In this document: in pieces, positions 24,060 through 37,669 of the stretch
How the letters are laid out: every line of letters begins with the position of its first letter
How positions within the stretch are numbered: position 1 is the first letter of the stretch
Assembly: GCA_951406725.2 (NCBI GenBank)
Contig: OX597820.1
Span: 23,870,001 to 23,934,000 of the forward strand
Direction of reading: 5' to 3'
DNA length: 64,000 nucleotides
Source: Octopus vulgaris
Lineage: Eukaryota
The notes under the pieces: generated by a model
Databases searched by the model: none
What the model was told of the DNA's origin: nothing
What the model saw: the letters and a program-made list of their open reading frames with translations, nothing else
Translations under genes and position numbers: made by a program

Positions 24060-24350
24060 AAAACAAAACAAAACAAAAGACGAAGACAAGTGGTGTAGAC
24101 AACAAATAGATGTATTAGTATAACGCTCGGGAAGGGAAAAAGTCTTTAACGTTTCGAGCCTACGCTCTTCCACAGGTCCGGCTTTCGCCATGATAGATCG
24201 CTAGCTACCACACATTCTTTATTTTCTCTCCTTGTTTCTTTCTGTGGAAGATTGTAGGCTCGAAACGTTAAAGACTTTTTCACTTCCCGAGTGATATACT
24301 AATACATCTGTTTGTTGTCTACATCACCTGTCTTCGTCTTTTTTTGTCTT
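24060..24350. mobile_element. Inverted pair of Penelope-like terminal fragments, each with a hammerhead-like motif
   Basis: ~100-bp inverted arms GACGAAGAC..CGAGCCTAC; CTGTGGAAGA..GCTCGAAACGTT on both strands; further copy at 50815-50920. Confidence 0.65.
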
Positions 24351-24362
24351 TTGCGACTCCGC

Positions 24363-24431
<69 letters not shown>

Positions 24432-24531
24432 ATTAAAAAAGGGAGGGAAAAAGACAAGAAAAAATCAACAACGCGAGGACGTAGTACATGCAATGTATTG
24501 AGACGCTCAGAGAAGGAAAGAAAGAGTGGTT

Positions 24532-24566
24532 GTTTTACGTTTCAAGCACAGATCTTCTTCAGAAAC
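24532..24566 (-). ncRNA. Minimal hammerhead-like motif
   Basis: GTTT-CTGAAGA-AGATCTGTGCTT-GAAA-C-GTA-AAAC; stem I GTTT/AAAC; weak stem II. Confidence 0.45.
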
Positions 24567-24879
24567 AGGAGAACAGGAGACAAAAGAAAAGTAAGGAGGA
24601 AAAAGTCCAAATATATAAATATATAAGATATATATATAAATATATATCGCCATACATATATATATATACGGCGGCCTTCTTTCAGTTTCCGCCTATAAAG
24701 TCCACCAAAGGCGTTGTCCAACGTGCCAGGTAGTGGACCTGAACCCGGAACCATGTGGATGGGAAGAAAGCTTCTTACCATACAACCACACCTGCCCCAA
24801 CATGACTGCAGCTTTCGAGCAGAAACTGTTTAAAGAGTTAAAGTGTGTGCGTGTGTGTGTATATGTATGTATGTATGCA

Positions 24880-24956
<77 letters not shown>

Positions 24957-25149
24957 AGGTTGCAAGACGCAACGAAAATTTTAGGAAAATAAAAATAAGG
25001 AATAAGTGGAAATTTTACCGGTGAGTGTGTTAAATTATAAGGCACAAAAAGAAAATGACTCTCCCCAGACACAACAGAATATGCTTCAATACACGAACTC
25101 ACATAAAGAATCTTGCAGACCAAATCCAAAAACGATATATATATATATA

Positions 25150-25508
25150 TATAAAAATTTAGATAAAACTTAGATATGTTTCGACCAAAGATTCGTCCAG
25201 GCCATGTCTAACTTAATAGCACCACCTGATAGGATTATTCGAATCCTGTTTAAGTAAAGTTTTGTTCAAGTAGTGAGTTCTTGTTGGGTGAGTTGTATCC
25301 AATTATGGGTGGTTTATCTGGTATTCTTTGAAGGAATCTATCCAGACTCCGTTTAAAGTTGATGGGATCCTTTTCCTCTTTGATCTCCCTCGGGACAATG
25401 TTAAATAGGGCAGGGCCTGTTGAGGAAAAGAAATTATGTTGCAGTGTACATGTATGTTGTGATCTTGAATTGGGCAGGGGACGTATGGCTCGTGGTCCCA
25501 GTCTTGTG
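25150..25508 (-). mobile_element. CR1-group LINE 3' fragment
   Basis: HNFFSSTGPALFNIVPREIK...FKRSLDRFLQRIPDKP...NSLLE, typical ORF2 C-terminus, followed by a short 3' UTR. Confidence 0.8.
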
Positions 25509-25969
25509 TATATATATATATATACACACACAAAGTATGGGGGTTTACTTCACAGGTGATCTAAACGATTAGGTACGCTAGGTAAGTGCTGTAATGGATT
25601 GCTGGGGCTACAAGATGATAGCCGAGACAATAGTTATGGAGCCATTGCAGATTTCCAATGCAGCGGATATATAATTGTTAAACAGGACGTCAGACATTAA
25701 GGCAAGGAAAACATCTCAAGTCATATGCTCTTTTATGTTAAACTGTCAGATATCTAAATTTGCCAAAATGCGTTTTTTTCAATATTTAGGTTTGCTTGCA
25801 ATAGCTGATTCTTTTGGTCAAACTATCGTAACTCCAGCTGCTTCAGATGCCAAGATATCAAAAATTGTCAAAGTGTAGTACAACAGTTTTGCTATGGAAT
25901 GGTGAAACTATTTTTTCGTTTTCTGAAAAAGCAACGTTTTGGACTTATGACACTTTGCATATTGGCAGC

Positions 25970-26011
25970 GATACATACATACATACATACATACATACAT
26001 ACATACATACA

Positions 26012-26044
<33 letters not shown>

Positions 26045-26102
26045 GTATGTGTACACACGCACATATGCATACATACATATCTATATATCTATATATATAC
26101 AT

Positions 26103-26146
<44 letters not shown>

Positions 26147-26560
26147 TTTATGCACACATATACTTATGCTCGTATACAACCACACCTACAAGCATATATA
26201 CATATAGCTAACATATAGTAGTTGGAAAAATATATACACCAGACTGATGATGTATACATTTAATGATCATAAGTTATGAATTCCCATTTTAACATTAACA
26301 TTAAACACTTTGGGGCCGTCTACACTCACCAACTTCATTTCATCCTGAAGGCGTCTATATTCACCAACTTTACTTCATCCTGAAGGTGAGAATACGAAAG
26401 TCTAAAAATGTTGAAGACGGATTCTGAAACTTTACCATTCCAGAAAACACTGCAAACAATTCATATCTGTTAAGATAGAATGAAACATAGTCATGTTTTC
26501 AATATAACCTGGATTAAAGAGAAGCAGTTCGGCATATATGTGAACACATTCAAAGATGTA

Positions 26561-26603
<43 letters not shown>

Positions 26604-26879
26604 GAGAGAAGAAGAGAGAGAAAGAGAGAGAAAAGAGAAAGAGATAGATAGATAGAGAGAGAAAGTGTGTGTGTCTGTGTGTGCGCATACAGACATATAT
26701 GGAGTGAGCGATTGGTTTGATATAAAGAACAGATAGCAACAGAAACAAAGTGGACATAGAAATTATATATATGTGTGAGTCTGTGTGTGTGTGTGTGTGT
26801 GTGTATGTGCGTGTGTATCTGTGTGTGTGTTCATATATATATTTGTGTGTGTATATATATAAATATATGTGTGTGTATG

Positions 26880-26945
<66 letters not shown>

Positions 26946-27155
26946 GACACGCATACACAGATAGAGATAGGTAGATAGATACATAGAGAGAGACAGGATA
27001 AAGATAGAGAGAGAGAGTGTGTGTGAGTAGGTAGATGGAAGTGGACATAGAAACTATATATACACGCATATATAGAAACATAGAAACATACACACACACA
27101 TATAATGTGTGAGTCTGTGTGTGTGTATATCTGTGTGCGTGTTCATATATGTGTG

Positions 27156-27218
<63 letters not shown>

Positions 27219-27281
27219 ATACATGTATGTGGTTATCTATTTGTCTATGTATGTATGTATGTATGTATGTATCTATCTATG

Positions 27282-27320
<39 letters not shown>

Positions 27321-27762
27321 ACACATACACACATATACAGAGATAGAGAGATAGAGATAGGTAGATAGATAAATAGAGTGACAGAGAGGGATAGATAGAT
27401 AAATAGATAGATAGAAAGAGAGAGAGAGAGAGAGAGAAGGAGAGAGAAGAGCAGAGAGATAGAAATAAGGAGTGGGGATTGACGGTCCATGGCACTGAAA
27501 TGTCCGTGAAATTAAAGAGGATTTGACGAAGGTATTAAACGTTAATATCCTGTCCGATAGTCTTTATTAAGTTGACCTCCCACTGGTGGTGGGATTATAC
27601 ACATACATACATACATGCATACATACATACATACATACATACATACATACATACATACATACATACATACATACATACATACATACATACATACACACAC
27701 ACACATATATACATACACATGTATACATAATGTATATATGTGTGTGTAAGTTTGATATAGTG

Positions 27763-27810
<48 letters not shown>

Positions 27811-27995
27811 AAACCGAACAAACACACCCAAGGTGTGTGTGTTATTAGTTCGTGGGTCGTGTGTATGTGTGTTCGATTTTGTTTATATACTTCGAGCTGC
27901 TTCTAATTAATATTGAATATGTGTGTGTATGTATGTATGTATGTATGTATGTATGTATGTATGTATGTATGTATGTATGTATGTATGTATGTATA
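25970..27995. repeat. Microsatellite-rich tract
   Basis: Alternating (TACA)n, (TA)n, (TG)n, (GA)n, (TAGA)n blocks. Confidence 0.95.
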
Positions 27996-28206
27996 TAATT
28001 AATAATATCAGGGTAATAAAGATTTTAGAAATTTTTACTACCAGTGGCCTAGCGTATAGAAAAATTAGTCAATAGACTATAAACTATTCATATAAAATAC
28101 AGTGTACATTTAGACACATTAAGAGGTTTCCATCAAAGGACTCCCTTACGCTAGAAAGAACAGCTAAAGTCCAAACCACTAATTAGGGATAAATTCTCGA
28201 AGGGAA

Positions 28207-28324
28207 TGAAAAATAAAAAACATTTACCATTTATTTCCTGGACCATGGTTTCTGACTTTTTTGCCCCCAAAAAGTCAGAAACCATGGCCCAGGAAATAGA
28301 TGGTAAATGTTTTTATTTTTCATA
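28207..28324. repeat. Near-perfect hairpin (~55-bp arms)
   Basis: CATTTACCATTTATTTCCTGGACCATGGTTTCTGACTTTTT-GCCCCC-AAAAAGTCAGAAACCATGGCCCAGGAAATAGATGGTAAATG. Confidence 0.85.
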
Positions 28325-28351
28325 GAAGCATGACCATAGAAGCATGTACAG

Positions 28352-28990
28352 CAGTGATTCTCAACCGGGGTCTATATAAGTTTTTGTTGTTAAAATTTAT
28401 GTGCAATAAATTGCTTAGATTTCTACAATACACAAAACTATTTAAACAAGTTTTTTTTCATTTATCTACTAATAATATTTAATTATCTTTTCTACTGGAA
28501 GCACGAGGTCTCAAATTTTGGGGATGGGATTAAGTCGATTACGTCGATCCAGTGCGTAACTGGTACTAATTTAATCGACCCCGAAAGGATGAAAGGCAAA
28601 GTCGACCCCAGTGGCATTTAAACTCAGAACGTGGCGGCGGACGAAATACCTATTTCTTTACTACCCACAAGGGGCTAAACATAGAGGGGACAAACAATGA
28701 AAGACAAAGGGATTAAATTGATTACATCGAAATCAGTGCATAACTGGTACTTAATTTATCGACCCCGAAAGGATGAAAGGCAAAGTCGACCTCGGCGGAA
28801 TTTGAACTCAGAACGTAGCGCTAGACGAAATGCCGCTAAGCATTTCGCCCGGCGTGCTAACGATTCTGCCAGCTTGCCGCCTTACTAATAATATTTAATT
28901 ATAAAAGTATAACAGGATTTTTGAAACCATTGAGTAAAATATGAATCAAAGGGGTCCATCGATAAAAAAAAAAATGGTTGAGAACCACTG
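28352..28990. mobile_element. hAT (Charlie-like) MITE with nested SINE dimer
   Basis: TIR CAGTGATTCTCAACC/GGTTGAGAACCACTG; 8-bp TSD ATGTACAG/ATGTGCAG. Confidence 0.85.
28487..28882 (-). mobile_element. SINE family A dimer (tail type 1 then tail type 2)
   Basis: 20-bp TSD TACTAATAATATTTAATTAT (28467-28486, 28883-28902). Confidence 0.9.
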
Positions 28991-29394
28991 ATGTGCAGTG
29001 TTGCTGTTATTTAGCCATAGGTCAATTCTGTTCAAGCACGCTTATGAGACAAAAAGCTTCCCAGCTGCTACTACCTCGTGCTTTTCCCCGGCTCAGTACA
29101 TTCATTTATAACCTTCATGGTACGTGCAGAAGCAAGGAAGGCAGAACCACTAAGTAAATACGCATCATCAAACCTTTGTTGGCGTAGAGAAACAGAATCA
29201 ATTAATGAATAAATGATTCATGGTTACCATCTGCATGAAAACGCAATAGTTAAGCTAGTTCTTACATATATAATGAGTGGGCAGACATCAAGAAACTAAT
29301 TAGAAATAATTATGCAATTAGATGAAAAGGAATTTATTTAGTTTTGAATTCATGGAGGTTTGCCGCAGATAAAATATCTAAACACATCATTAAT

Positions 29395-29697
29395 AGTTTG
29401 TTCCTACTCGAGCCATGCTTGGATCATTAGGGCCGGTTTCCCGGTTTCTTTGGCGTATAGCCTCCCCACCTGGACGGGACGTCGGTCCGTCGCAGGTGAG
29501 CTGCAAGATACAGGAGGAAAGAGTGAGAGAGAGTTGTGGCGAAAGAGTCAGCAGAAGTTCGCCATTACCTTCTGCCAGAGCCGTGTGTAGCTTAGGTGTT
29601 TCGCTCATAAACACACACTCCGCCCTGTTTGAGATTCGAACCCGCGATCCCTCGATCGCGAGTCCGCTGCTCTAACCACTAGGCCATGTGCCTCCAC
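29395..29697 (-). mobile_element. SINE family B variant
   Basis: tRNA head with GGGTTCGAATCTC B-box; flanked by CATCATTAATAGT-like repeats. Confidence 0.85.
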
Positions 29698-30121
29698 CAT
29701 CATCATCATTAATAGTACAGCGACAACATTGATTTTCAGGAATCCTTGGTCCCAAAGTCTTTCCAAATTATTTTTGTTTCGAACCAGAGGTAGTCACCTT
29801 GGTCAACAAACTTTAAATTAAGCAAATGTTGAATTTACTTAAATAACAGGTACATGTACAACAGTATAGATTAGTGTGAATTATTAAAGCTTCCAGACCA
29901 TCAGTGTCTGGAAAAAGGGATTTGTACTTGTAATCCAATAAAATAAATGGTTTATCACATCAGAACAGTTGTTACTTAGTAATGCAATTATCCTTCCACT
30001 CTGAAATGGTAAAGTGCCATTTGAGGGAGATTTGGTCTCTATCTCCAGCAGGTAAAGCTGATATTTTTGAAAGTATTGAAACGAACAAAATTCTCTTTTG
30101 TTCATCCAAATATGTCACATA

Positions 30122-30286
30122 GACGCAGGAGTGGCTGTGTGGTAAGTAGCTTGCTTACCAACCACATGGTTCCGGGTTCAGTCTCACTGCGTGGTGCTTT
30201 GGGCAAGTGTCTTCTACTATAGTTTCGGGCCGACCAAAGTCTTGTGAGTGGATTTGGTAGACGGAAACTGAAAGAAGCCTGTCGTA

Positions 30287-30356
<70 letters not shown>

Positions 30357-30536
30357 TGTTTGTCCCCCCACCCCCAACATCACTTGACAACCGATGCTGG
30401 TGTGTGTACGTTTCCGTAACTTAGCGGTTCGGCAAAAGAGACCGATAGAATAAGTACTAGGCTTACAAAGAATAAGTCCTGGGGTCGATTTGCTCGACTA
30501 AAAAAGGCGGTGCACCAGCATGGCCGCAGGCAAATG
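30122..30536 (+). mobile_element. SINE family C
   Basis: Near full-length match to 5527-5925. Confidence 0.85.
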
Positions 30537-31009
30537 TTTCACCATTCTGAAAGTAAGCAACAGTAATCGGAACAATGTGAATACATAAGTTTTACATTTG
30601 ACACAATAATCTGAACGCTAAAGGGTGAAGATAGAAACGAAAAAGAAAAAAAAACGAGAAAGAAAGAAACATCAATATAACACCATGTGCTTCAATTGGT
30701 CGCATACCACGAGGTTCATCGGAACTTACTATAGCAAGCCAAAATGCTCGAGGAATTACTACGAGCGATGGCGAGGCTGAGGCGTTAGAAAAGCCAAGCG
30801 CTTTCACGGGCAGCATGTGACATCTTGATGAGGAGAGCTGCCAACGATGACAAGAACTTAGCGGTTAGTGGCCCAACCCCTCAAAACGTTCCAAACGCCA
30901 CAGACTGAAAGCGATAGTCCAATAAAACCGAAACATTTCCTAGAGTTGTCTCCCGTTTTTGCCGAAAAGCGGAAAATTATTTTAGTCAATAATTGAAATT
31001 GGGATATCT

Positions 31010-31332
31010 TGAAGGCGCATGGCTCAGTGGTTAGAGCGTCGAGCTTACGATCGTGAGGTTTTGGGTTCGAATCCCGGACCGGGCTGTGTGTTGTGTTCTT
31101 GAGCAAGGCACTATATTTCACGTTGCTCCAGTTCACTCAGCTGTAGAAATGAGTTGCAACATCACAGGTGCCAAGCTGTATCGGCCTTTGCCTTTCCCTT
31201 GGATAACACTGGTGACGTGGATATGGGAGGCCGGTATGCATGGGCGACTCCTGGCCTTCCATAAACGACCTTGTGCCTGGAAGGGTAACTTTCTAGGTGC
31301 AATCCCATGGTTATTCATGACCGAAGGGGACC
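31010..31332 (+). mobile_element. SINE family B variant
   Basis: GGCGCATGGCTCAGTGGTTAGAGCG..TTACGAT..GGTTCGAATCCC tRNA-Arg-like head plus core. Confidence 0.85.
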
Positions 31333-33009
31333 TCAGCAGTTTATCTTCAACTCATAATCATTTATAGTTTGCTTTCTTTCAAATGATCGCCACATTAGAT
31401 ATATTAGAGCATAGGCTTGCATCTCCTTGATTTGTCCAGCTGTCACAATGGTCTGTATATTGTTTTAATATAGCTTTAAATTAAACGGCTTCTAATCGTG
31501 TTATGGCATCATAGATCACTATCGGAGAATTTAACAAACCAAATAATTTGATTTATCGCAGAAATCTAAATTGCTATGTCAGAAATATAATTTATAATTG
31601 TACCGTTGTTGTTGTTGTTGTTGTTGAAGCTGCCGTCACCGCCTTCGTTGTTGATATTGTTGTTGTTTTTGCTACTGCTTGTTGTCATCATCGTTGTTTA
31701 ACCACAGATCGGTCCTGGTTGAATAGATCTCTGATCAAAGGCGTTTCAGCCATGACCACCAAGTATTTGTATATCTAGGACTACATTGAGCAAGCAATCG
31801 TTTTCTTTTTTTTTGTTTTAAAACAGTAAGATGTGATTTGAAAGCATTTGACTGCTATTTCTTGTTGGTCAATATATTTACATGCTCAAATCATAGTAGT
31901 TTATACTTTACGAAGGAGGTCTTATAAAACCGAATTATGTCTGGAATTGTCTCCCCTACTTATCGTACTCTTAAATAGTCAAACTTACTACACACTGATT
32001 TTCTTCATGACTTTACATTTCTGAACCACATATCTTATGCTAAATAATTTCTGGATGCCTCCGAAAAGAAACGGGTTAAGGTTGAACTCTTTCTGACGAT
32101 AGTATTATAGTTCAGTTGCTGAAAATGTTTAATTTAAATTTTCAGTTATTTTTTTTCATTATTTTCATTATGGGAGTCGACTTTGTAACTGTCAAACCGA
32201 TGGTCTGACAGCAAACTTCAATACGACTCATGAAACAGAAGCCTGTTCATTGATTTATAAACAATTGCGTCTAAAAGCTGCTTTCATTGCCTTATGATTA
32301 CAAATTTCAATTCATTGCAGCTGTTTAGACAAAGGAAACAACGACGTTTATGAGTTTAGATAAGTTCGTATACCGTAGGGAAAAAAGGGAATCTGTTAAA
32401 GAAAATATCTGTCAACGTCACCCTCATTTTGAACTCGTAAAGTAAGAGAAACATCAATGGCGGTTTTATGTAAGATCTAAAACTGTTTATATTGTGAATC
32501 TTCTGCGCTGCAAATGATCTACACCAAAATTAATGGCGATTTGAAGTCTAATGGATTGCTGTTAGATTTCTTATAGACTGTACCAAATTTGATAGGAGTT
32601 TTAAGTCTGATAGCTACAGATAAGCTAGACTAAAATCGATGGTGATTTAAAATTTGATTGTTGGACGATAGAGTGCTGATAGCTTGTTGATTGACTTCAT
32701 CAAAATTGATGACAAGTCCGATGATCTGCAGATGACTGCTGTTGGGCTACTGTTAGATTGCTGAAGTCTTGTAAAATATGCTGTTTACGTACAGTTGATG
32801 AGAATGCATCACGCATTGCTGTTTTTCTGTAAGTAGGACATTCAGAATAGAGAATTTCTTTGTTAGATTTCTGGCTACTCAGGCAATTATTGAAACTAAT
32901 CTTCATGCGAAACTCAACAGAGTTAGTCTTTATATTGGGTTGTCAGATAAATTCGTTTATTGTCAGATTAAGTCGTTCGTTGTCAGATAAATATTTATTC
33001 TTTTTTCCT

Positions 33010-33430
33010 TCTTATTTCTTTACTACCCACAAGGGGCTAAACACAGAGAGGACAAACAAGGACAGACAAACGGATTAAGTCGATTACATCGACCCCAGTG
33101 CGTAACTGGTACTTAATTTATCGAACCCGAAAGGATGAAAGGCAAAGTCGACCTCGGCGGAATTTGAACTCAGAACGTAGCGGCGGACGAAATACCTATT
33201 TCTTTATTGCCCACAAGGGGCTAAACACAGAGGGGACAAACAAGGACAGACAAACGAATTAAGTCGATTACATCGACCCCAGTGCGTAACTGGTACTTAA
33301 TTTATCGACCCCGAAAGGATGAAAGGCAAAGTCGACCTCGGCGGAATTTGAACTCAGAACGTAGGGGGCAGACGAAATACAGCTACACATTTCGCCCGGC
33401 GTGCTAACGTTTCTGCCAGCTCGCCGCCTT
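33010..33430 (-). mobile_element. SINE family A head-to-tail dimer
   Basis: Two units; the second lacks the first ~45 nt of the head. Confidence 0.9.
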
Positions 33431-34062
33431 TCCACCTTCTTTTTATCTTCTTGGTAAGCTATGGTCATATGTCTGAAAAGTGATAAAATTTATTCAGATT
33501 TCAAATCCACTCACAAGGCTTTGGTCGGCCCGAGGCTATAGTAGAAGACACTTGGCCAAGGTGCCATGCAGTTGGAATGAACCCGGAACCACGTGGTTGA
33601 TAAGCAAGCTACTTACCACACAGCCACTCCTACGCCTATGTTTAAAATTATTATATGATGTTTCTTTAATATTGAGTTATATATAAATCTGTAGAAGCCT
33701 AGATTCTCTGTCAACTCATGATTCATACTTTCCATTATGCCATCAGTTATATGTAACGGGGTACCATTACTCTGCTTCGTCGCGAATGCAGTCTTACTAC
33801 CCGTCATGGCATAGCAGCCAATTACAGAGCAGACAGACCCAAGCTACGAAAATCTGCTCTTATCACCAATTAATAAGTTCAACTGACAGCTATACTTGGA
33901 GATCAGTTATGTTAGCATAACAATAATTTTTAACTAAGAATTTTCTGATACATTTATATTACTACTGTTAAAAGCTGTTCGACAATATTTCGAGAACGAC
34001 GAGAACTAAGATGGAGTTAGGGAGGGAGAAGCAGATCTTTTAGGGTGTGAACGCCTTTTCCC

Positions 34063-34486
34063 AATACCTATTTCTTTACTACCCACAAGGTGCTAAACAC
34101 AGAGAGGACAAACAAGGACAGACAAGCGGATTAAGTCTATTATATCGACCCCAGTGCGTAACTGGTACTTATTTAATCGACTCCGAAAGGATGAAAGGCA
34201 AAGTCCACCTCGGCAGAATTTGAACTCAGAACGTAGCGGCAGACGAGATACCTATTTCTTTACTACCCACAAGGGGCTAAACACAGAAGGGACAAACAAG
34301 AAGAGACAAAGGGATTAAGTCGATTATATCGACCCCAGTGCGTAACTGATATTTATTTTTATCGACCCCGAAAGGATGAAAGGCAAAGTCGACTTCGGCG
34401 GAATTTGAACTCAGAACGTAACGGCAGACGAAATACCGCTCAGCATTTCGCCCGGCGTGCTAACGTTTCTGCCAGCTCGCCGCCTT
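34063..34486 (-). mobile_element. SINE family A head-to-tail dimer
   Basis: Two units; CGCCTTTTTCC repeated at both ends. Confidence 0.9.
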
Positions 34487-35687
34487 TTTCCAAAACCAAC
34501 AAGGAAGAAGCTTGATATGGTAGATTGGTGTGAGTATCATACACCTTGTTGAAATCACTCTTCCACATGAGGATATAACTGATGCTGCCCAAGCTAGGAA
34601 ATACGTGCGTTATGTGATGCTACTGGAAGACTGGACTGTAAAGATGCTGGTTAGAGTGCAATACACTTTCCTGTAGAGGTTTTATTGGAACCAGACTTAG
34701 ATGATGACTGTTATTAATAGGCGTGAATCAGCGTCTACCTAACGCCATCTTGAAAGAAATCCTGCAATTGGATACGGCTGAAGAGAAATGATGAAACCTG
34801 GTTAGAGAAGTGATATACAGGTGTGAGGCAGGTAGGTACCTGTTTGCCTACATGTCAATTAAAATCTGCATGACTCCACAATTTGAATGATGTTGATGAT
34901 ACCAAAAATGGACTTAAGGTTGAAAACATGTCAGTCAATCCAGTAGACGGGGCCTCACATCTATGAGGATGGAGGTGGGGCACTGTGAACCGTCGAAAGA
35001 AAGGCCTTGAAATGTTGCCCACTCTCTCCTGATTACCCTTGAAACCGACTGTCATCCGGTATACGGAACTTTGGATTGACAGCACTTGCACAAACAAGCT
35101 GTTTGCAAATTTACTATTCTATATTTGTTTAATTGTTAGCTGTGCTTATTTAAGATTGAAAACACGTCAGTTCTACTTTTTAAAATTTGGCAAGATGGTG
35201 CTTTTCGTCGATCTCCAAAATCTTTGGCTTAGCAAATCCAAACACAAATCTTTTACGTTAGGAGTGATCTACAACTTCAAAAGACTTTGACTTAAAAGTT
35301 TTAACTTGTAAACAAGTCCATAATAAGGCATATAAGATCAAAAGTCACTCCTACACCATCAGTTACAAGCTGCAAGTATTTAAATAAATATGGCAACAGA
35401 GCTGTCTTAGTTTGCAACGAAATAGCTAGAAATAGCTAAAAGTGATGAAGGATTAGATAGTTAGAGTGGTAATTTCGGGTTAATGTAGTGCCAATCAAAC
35501 CTATTTATGAATCCAAATTGATGGCAGCATTACAAGGTCTGAGTCATTTCTGCGGCACATTATATTAGTGTATTAGTTCTACGAAGAGGCACGGGCTGCC
35601 AAGGAGAACGAAAGCAAGAATAGCATGACATATTTTTTTCAACAAACCTTTCTGTCGAAATACAACTGGGCTCTTTATATCATATAT

Positions 35688-35864
35688 GGACGCAGGCGTG
35701 GCTGTGTGGTGGAGAAGCTCACTTTGCAACCATGTGGTTTCGGGTTCTGTTACACTGTGCAGCAACTTGGGCAAGTTTTTTTCTTTTATGGCCCCGGGTC
35801 ATATGCCTTGTGAGTGAATTTGGTCGACAGAAACTGTGGAAGCCCGTCGTATGTGTGTGTGTCT

Positions 35865-35916
<52 letters not shown>

Positions 35917-35938
35917 CTCAATCTACCTACCTACCTAC

Positions 35939-36012
<74 letters not shown>

Positions 36013-36038
36013 GTCTGTCTGCCTGCCTGCCTGCCTGT

Positions 36039-36075
<37 letters not shown>

Positions 36076-36097
36076 TGTCTGTCTGTCTGTCTGCCTG

Positions 36098-36162
<65 letters not shown>

Positions 36163-36694
36163 ATCTATCTCGCTTCTTGTGGAAAGGATGCGTCCCGATG
36201 GTCAGGCGATCCATTTGCTGTCAACACCCGTTAAAAGGAGGGCTGGGCATGCCGTGGTTGATGATGCGCAGACACGCGCTGAGACTGCGACATCTCTGGC
36301 TCTATGTAGACGTGCAGTGTCCAACAATTTCCGACCTGTGGGCTTGTGTCGAACAACTGCTGTCACGTGTGGGACGAGTCGGTTTATCAGCTGAGTCTAT
36401 CGTTAATATTGTTACGCCTCCCTCCTTCAAACGGGAAGGAAGAGCTATTTTCATCATCCTTTCCATTGACCGAGGTTACTGTGGTCTTTTCCGTAGGCTT
36501 TTCTTTCCACGGGTAAATCTCACCTGTCCTCCCCTTTACACTTCATATTGACATTTACGATCCCTTTTGATCGAAACTCCCCCTTCCTTTTTTTTTTTTT
36601 TTTTTTAAATTTTTTTTTTAAACCTTCAAAAGAAAAGCTCTACCTTGTAATTTGTTCTATCTGTGTGCAGCCCTGTGTGGCTAATAAAGAAACA

Positions 36695-36768
<74 letters not shown>

Positions 36769-37205
36769 CATATAATAAAATAACAAACGATGTAACTAGA
36801 TATTTCTGGAACTGATTCCTTCTGACGATGAGCCTTTGCGCCTAAAATATAAAGGGTTTTATAAAACTTTCTGCATTGTAATTTTTTTAAATTTTTCTAC
36901 TTCTGTACTACAATGCTTCAAGCGAACTACACCGCTCTTATTTACACACCCATCCGCACACACACACACTCACGTGTTTGTGTGTGTGTGTGTTTGTATG
37001 TTTGTCTCTCACCACTGCTTAACGATCAGTGCTGGTTTGTTTACGTCTCCATAAATTAGCAGATCGACAAAAGAGACTGATAGAATAAGTACCGAACTTT
37101 AAAAAAATAAGCATTGTGGATAGATCTGCTCGACTACAATCCTTTGAAGGCGGTGCCCCAGTATGGCGGCAGTCCGGTCTCAGAAAGAAATGAAAGTGAA
37201 AGGTA
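35688..37205 (+). mobile_element. SINE family C split at its internal microsatellite
   Basis: 5' half at 35688-35850 and 3' half at about 36975-37205; expanded tetranucleotide repeats and a LINE fragment lie between. Confidence 0.7.
36171..36692 (+). mobile_element. Internally deleted Tx1/L1-like 3' fragment
   Basis: [28 protein letters not shown] joined to [10 protein letters not shown]; T-rich 3' UTR; tail GCCCTGTGTGGCTAATAAAGAAA; (TATC)n on both sides. Confidence 0.8.
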
Positions 37206-37669
37206 AAAGATGAAAAAAAAAAATTAGTCTTCGAATTTTTCAATTCATTAATATGCCAACTTCAGAAAAAGCTTATTGAATATCAAATTCAAGAACTTGA
37301 TAAAAAGAAAATAATCTTTGAAAGGAAGGATTTTTTAAAATCAATAAATTGTAAAGAATATATATACAATAATTAATATGCTGTACCTGCCAAAGATACG
37401 TCTCGCCAATGCATTGAAATAGAGAAATGAGCGTTATAAGAAAGCTGCAATTCATGCTAACAGTCGCCAACACCAGCAATTTGTGTGAAATCATGCTTTT
37501 TCTAAAAGAAAAATAAATTTAAACAAATGAAATTTTGTTATACCTCGGGAGGGCTATTATGCCAATAATAAACACATGCATTCGTTTTATTTCACTTCAT
37601 TTCTTTCAGTTGTCAATTGGTTAATTGGTTAAATAGTCAACTAATTGAAAATTAAAAAAAAATTAATAA

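Noticed and set aside
26315-26392. ~35-bp tandem duplicate ending in a good donor AAG|GTGAGA
   Set aside because: No convincing acceptor, reading frame or partner exon.
30600-31000. GC-richer complex stretch that might be an exon
   Set aside because: No recognisable protein motif or clear splice-site pair.
32440-32990. Weak recurring AAAATTGATG-like motif
   Set aside because: Too degenerate to establish a period or origin by eye.
33010-33430. CRISPR-like repeat/spacer appearance of tandem units
   Set aside because: Units are whole SINE copies with no unique spacers; eukaryotic context and no cas genes.
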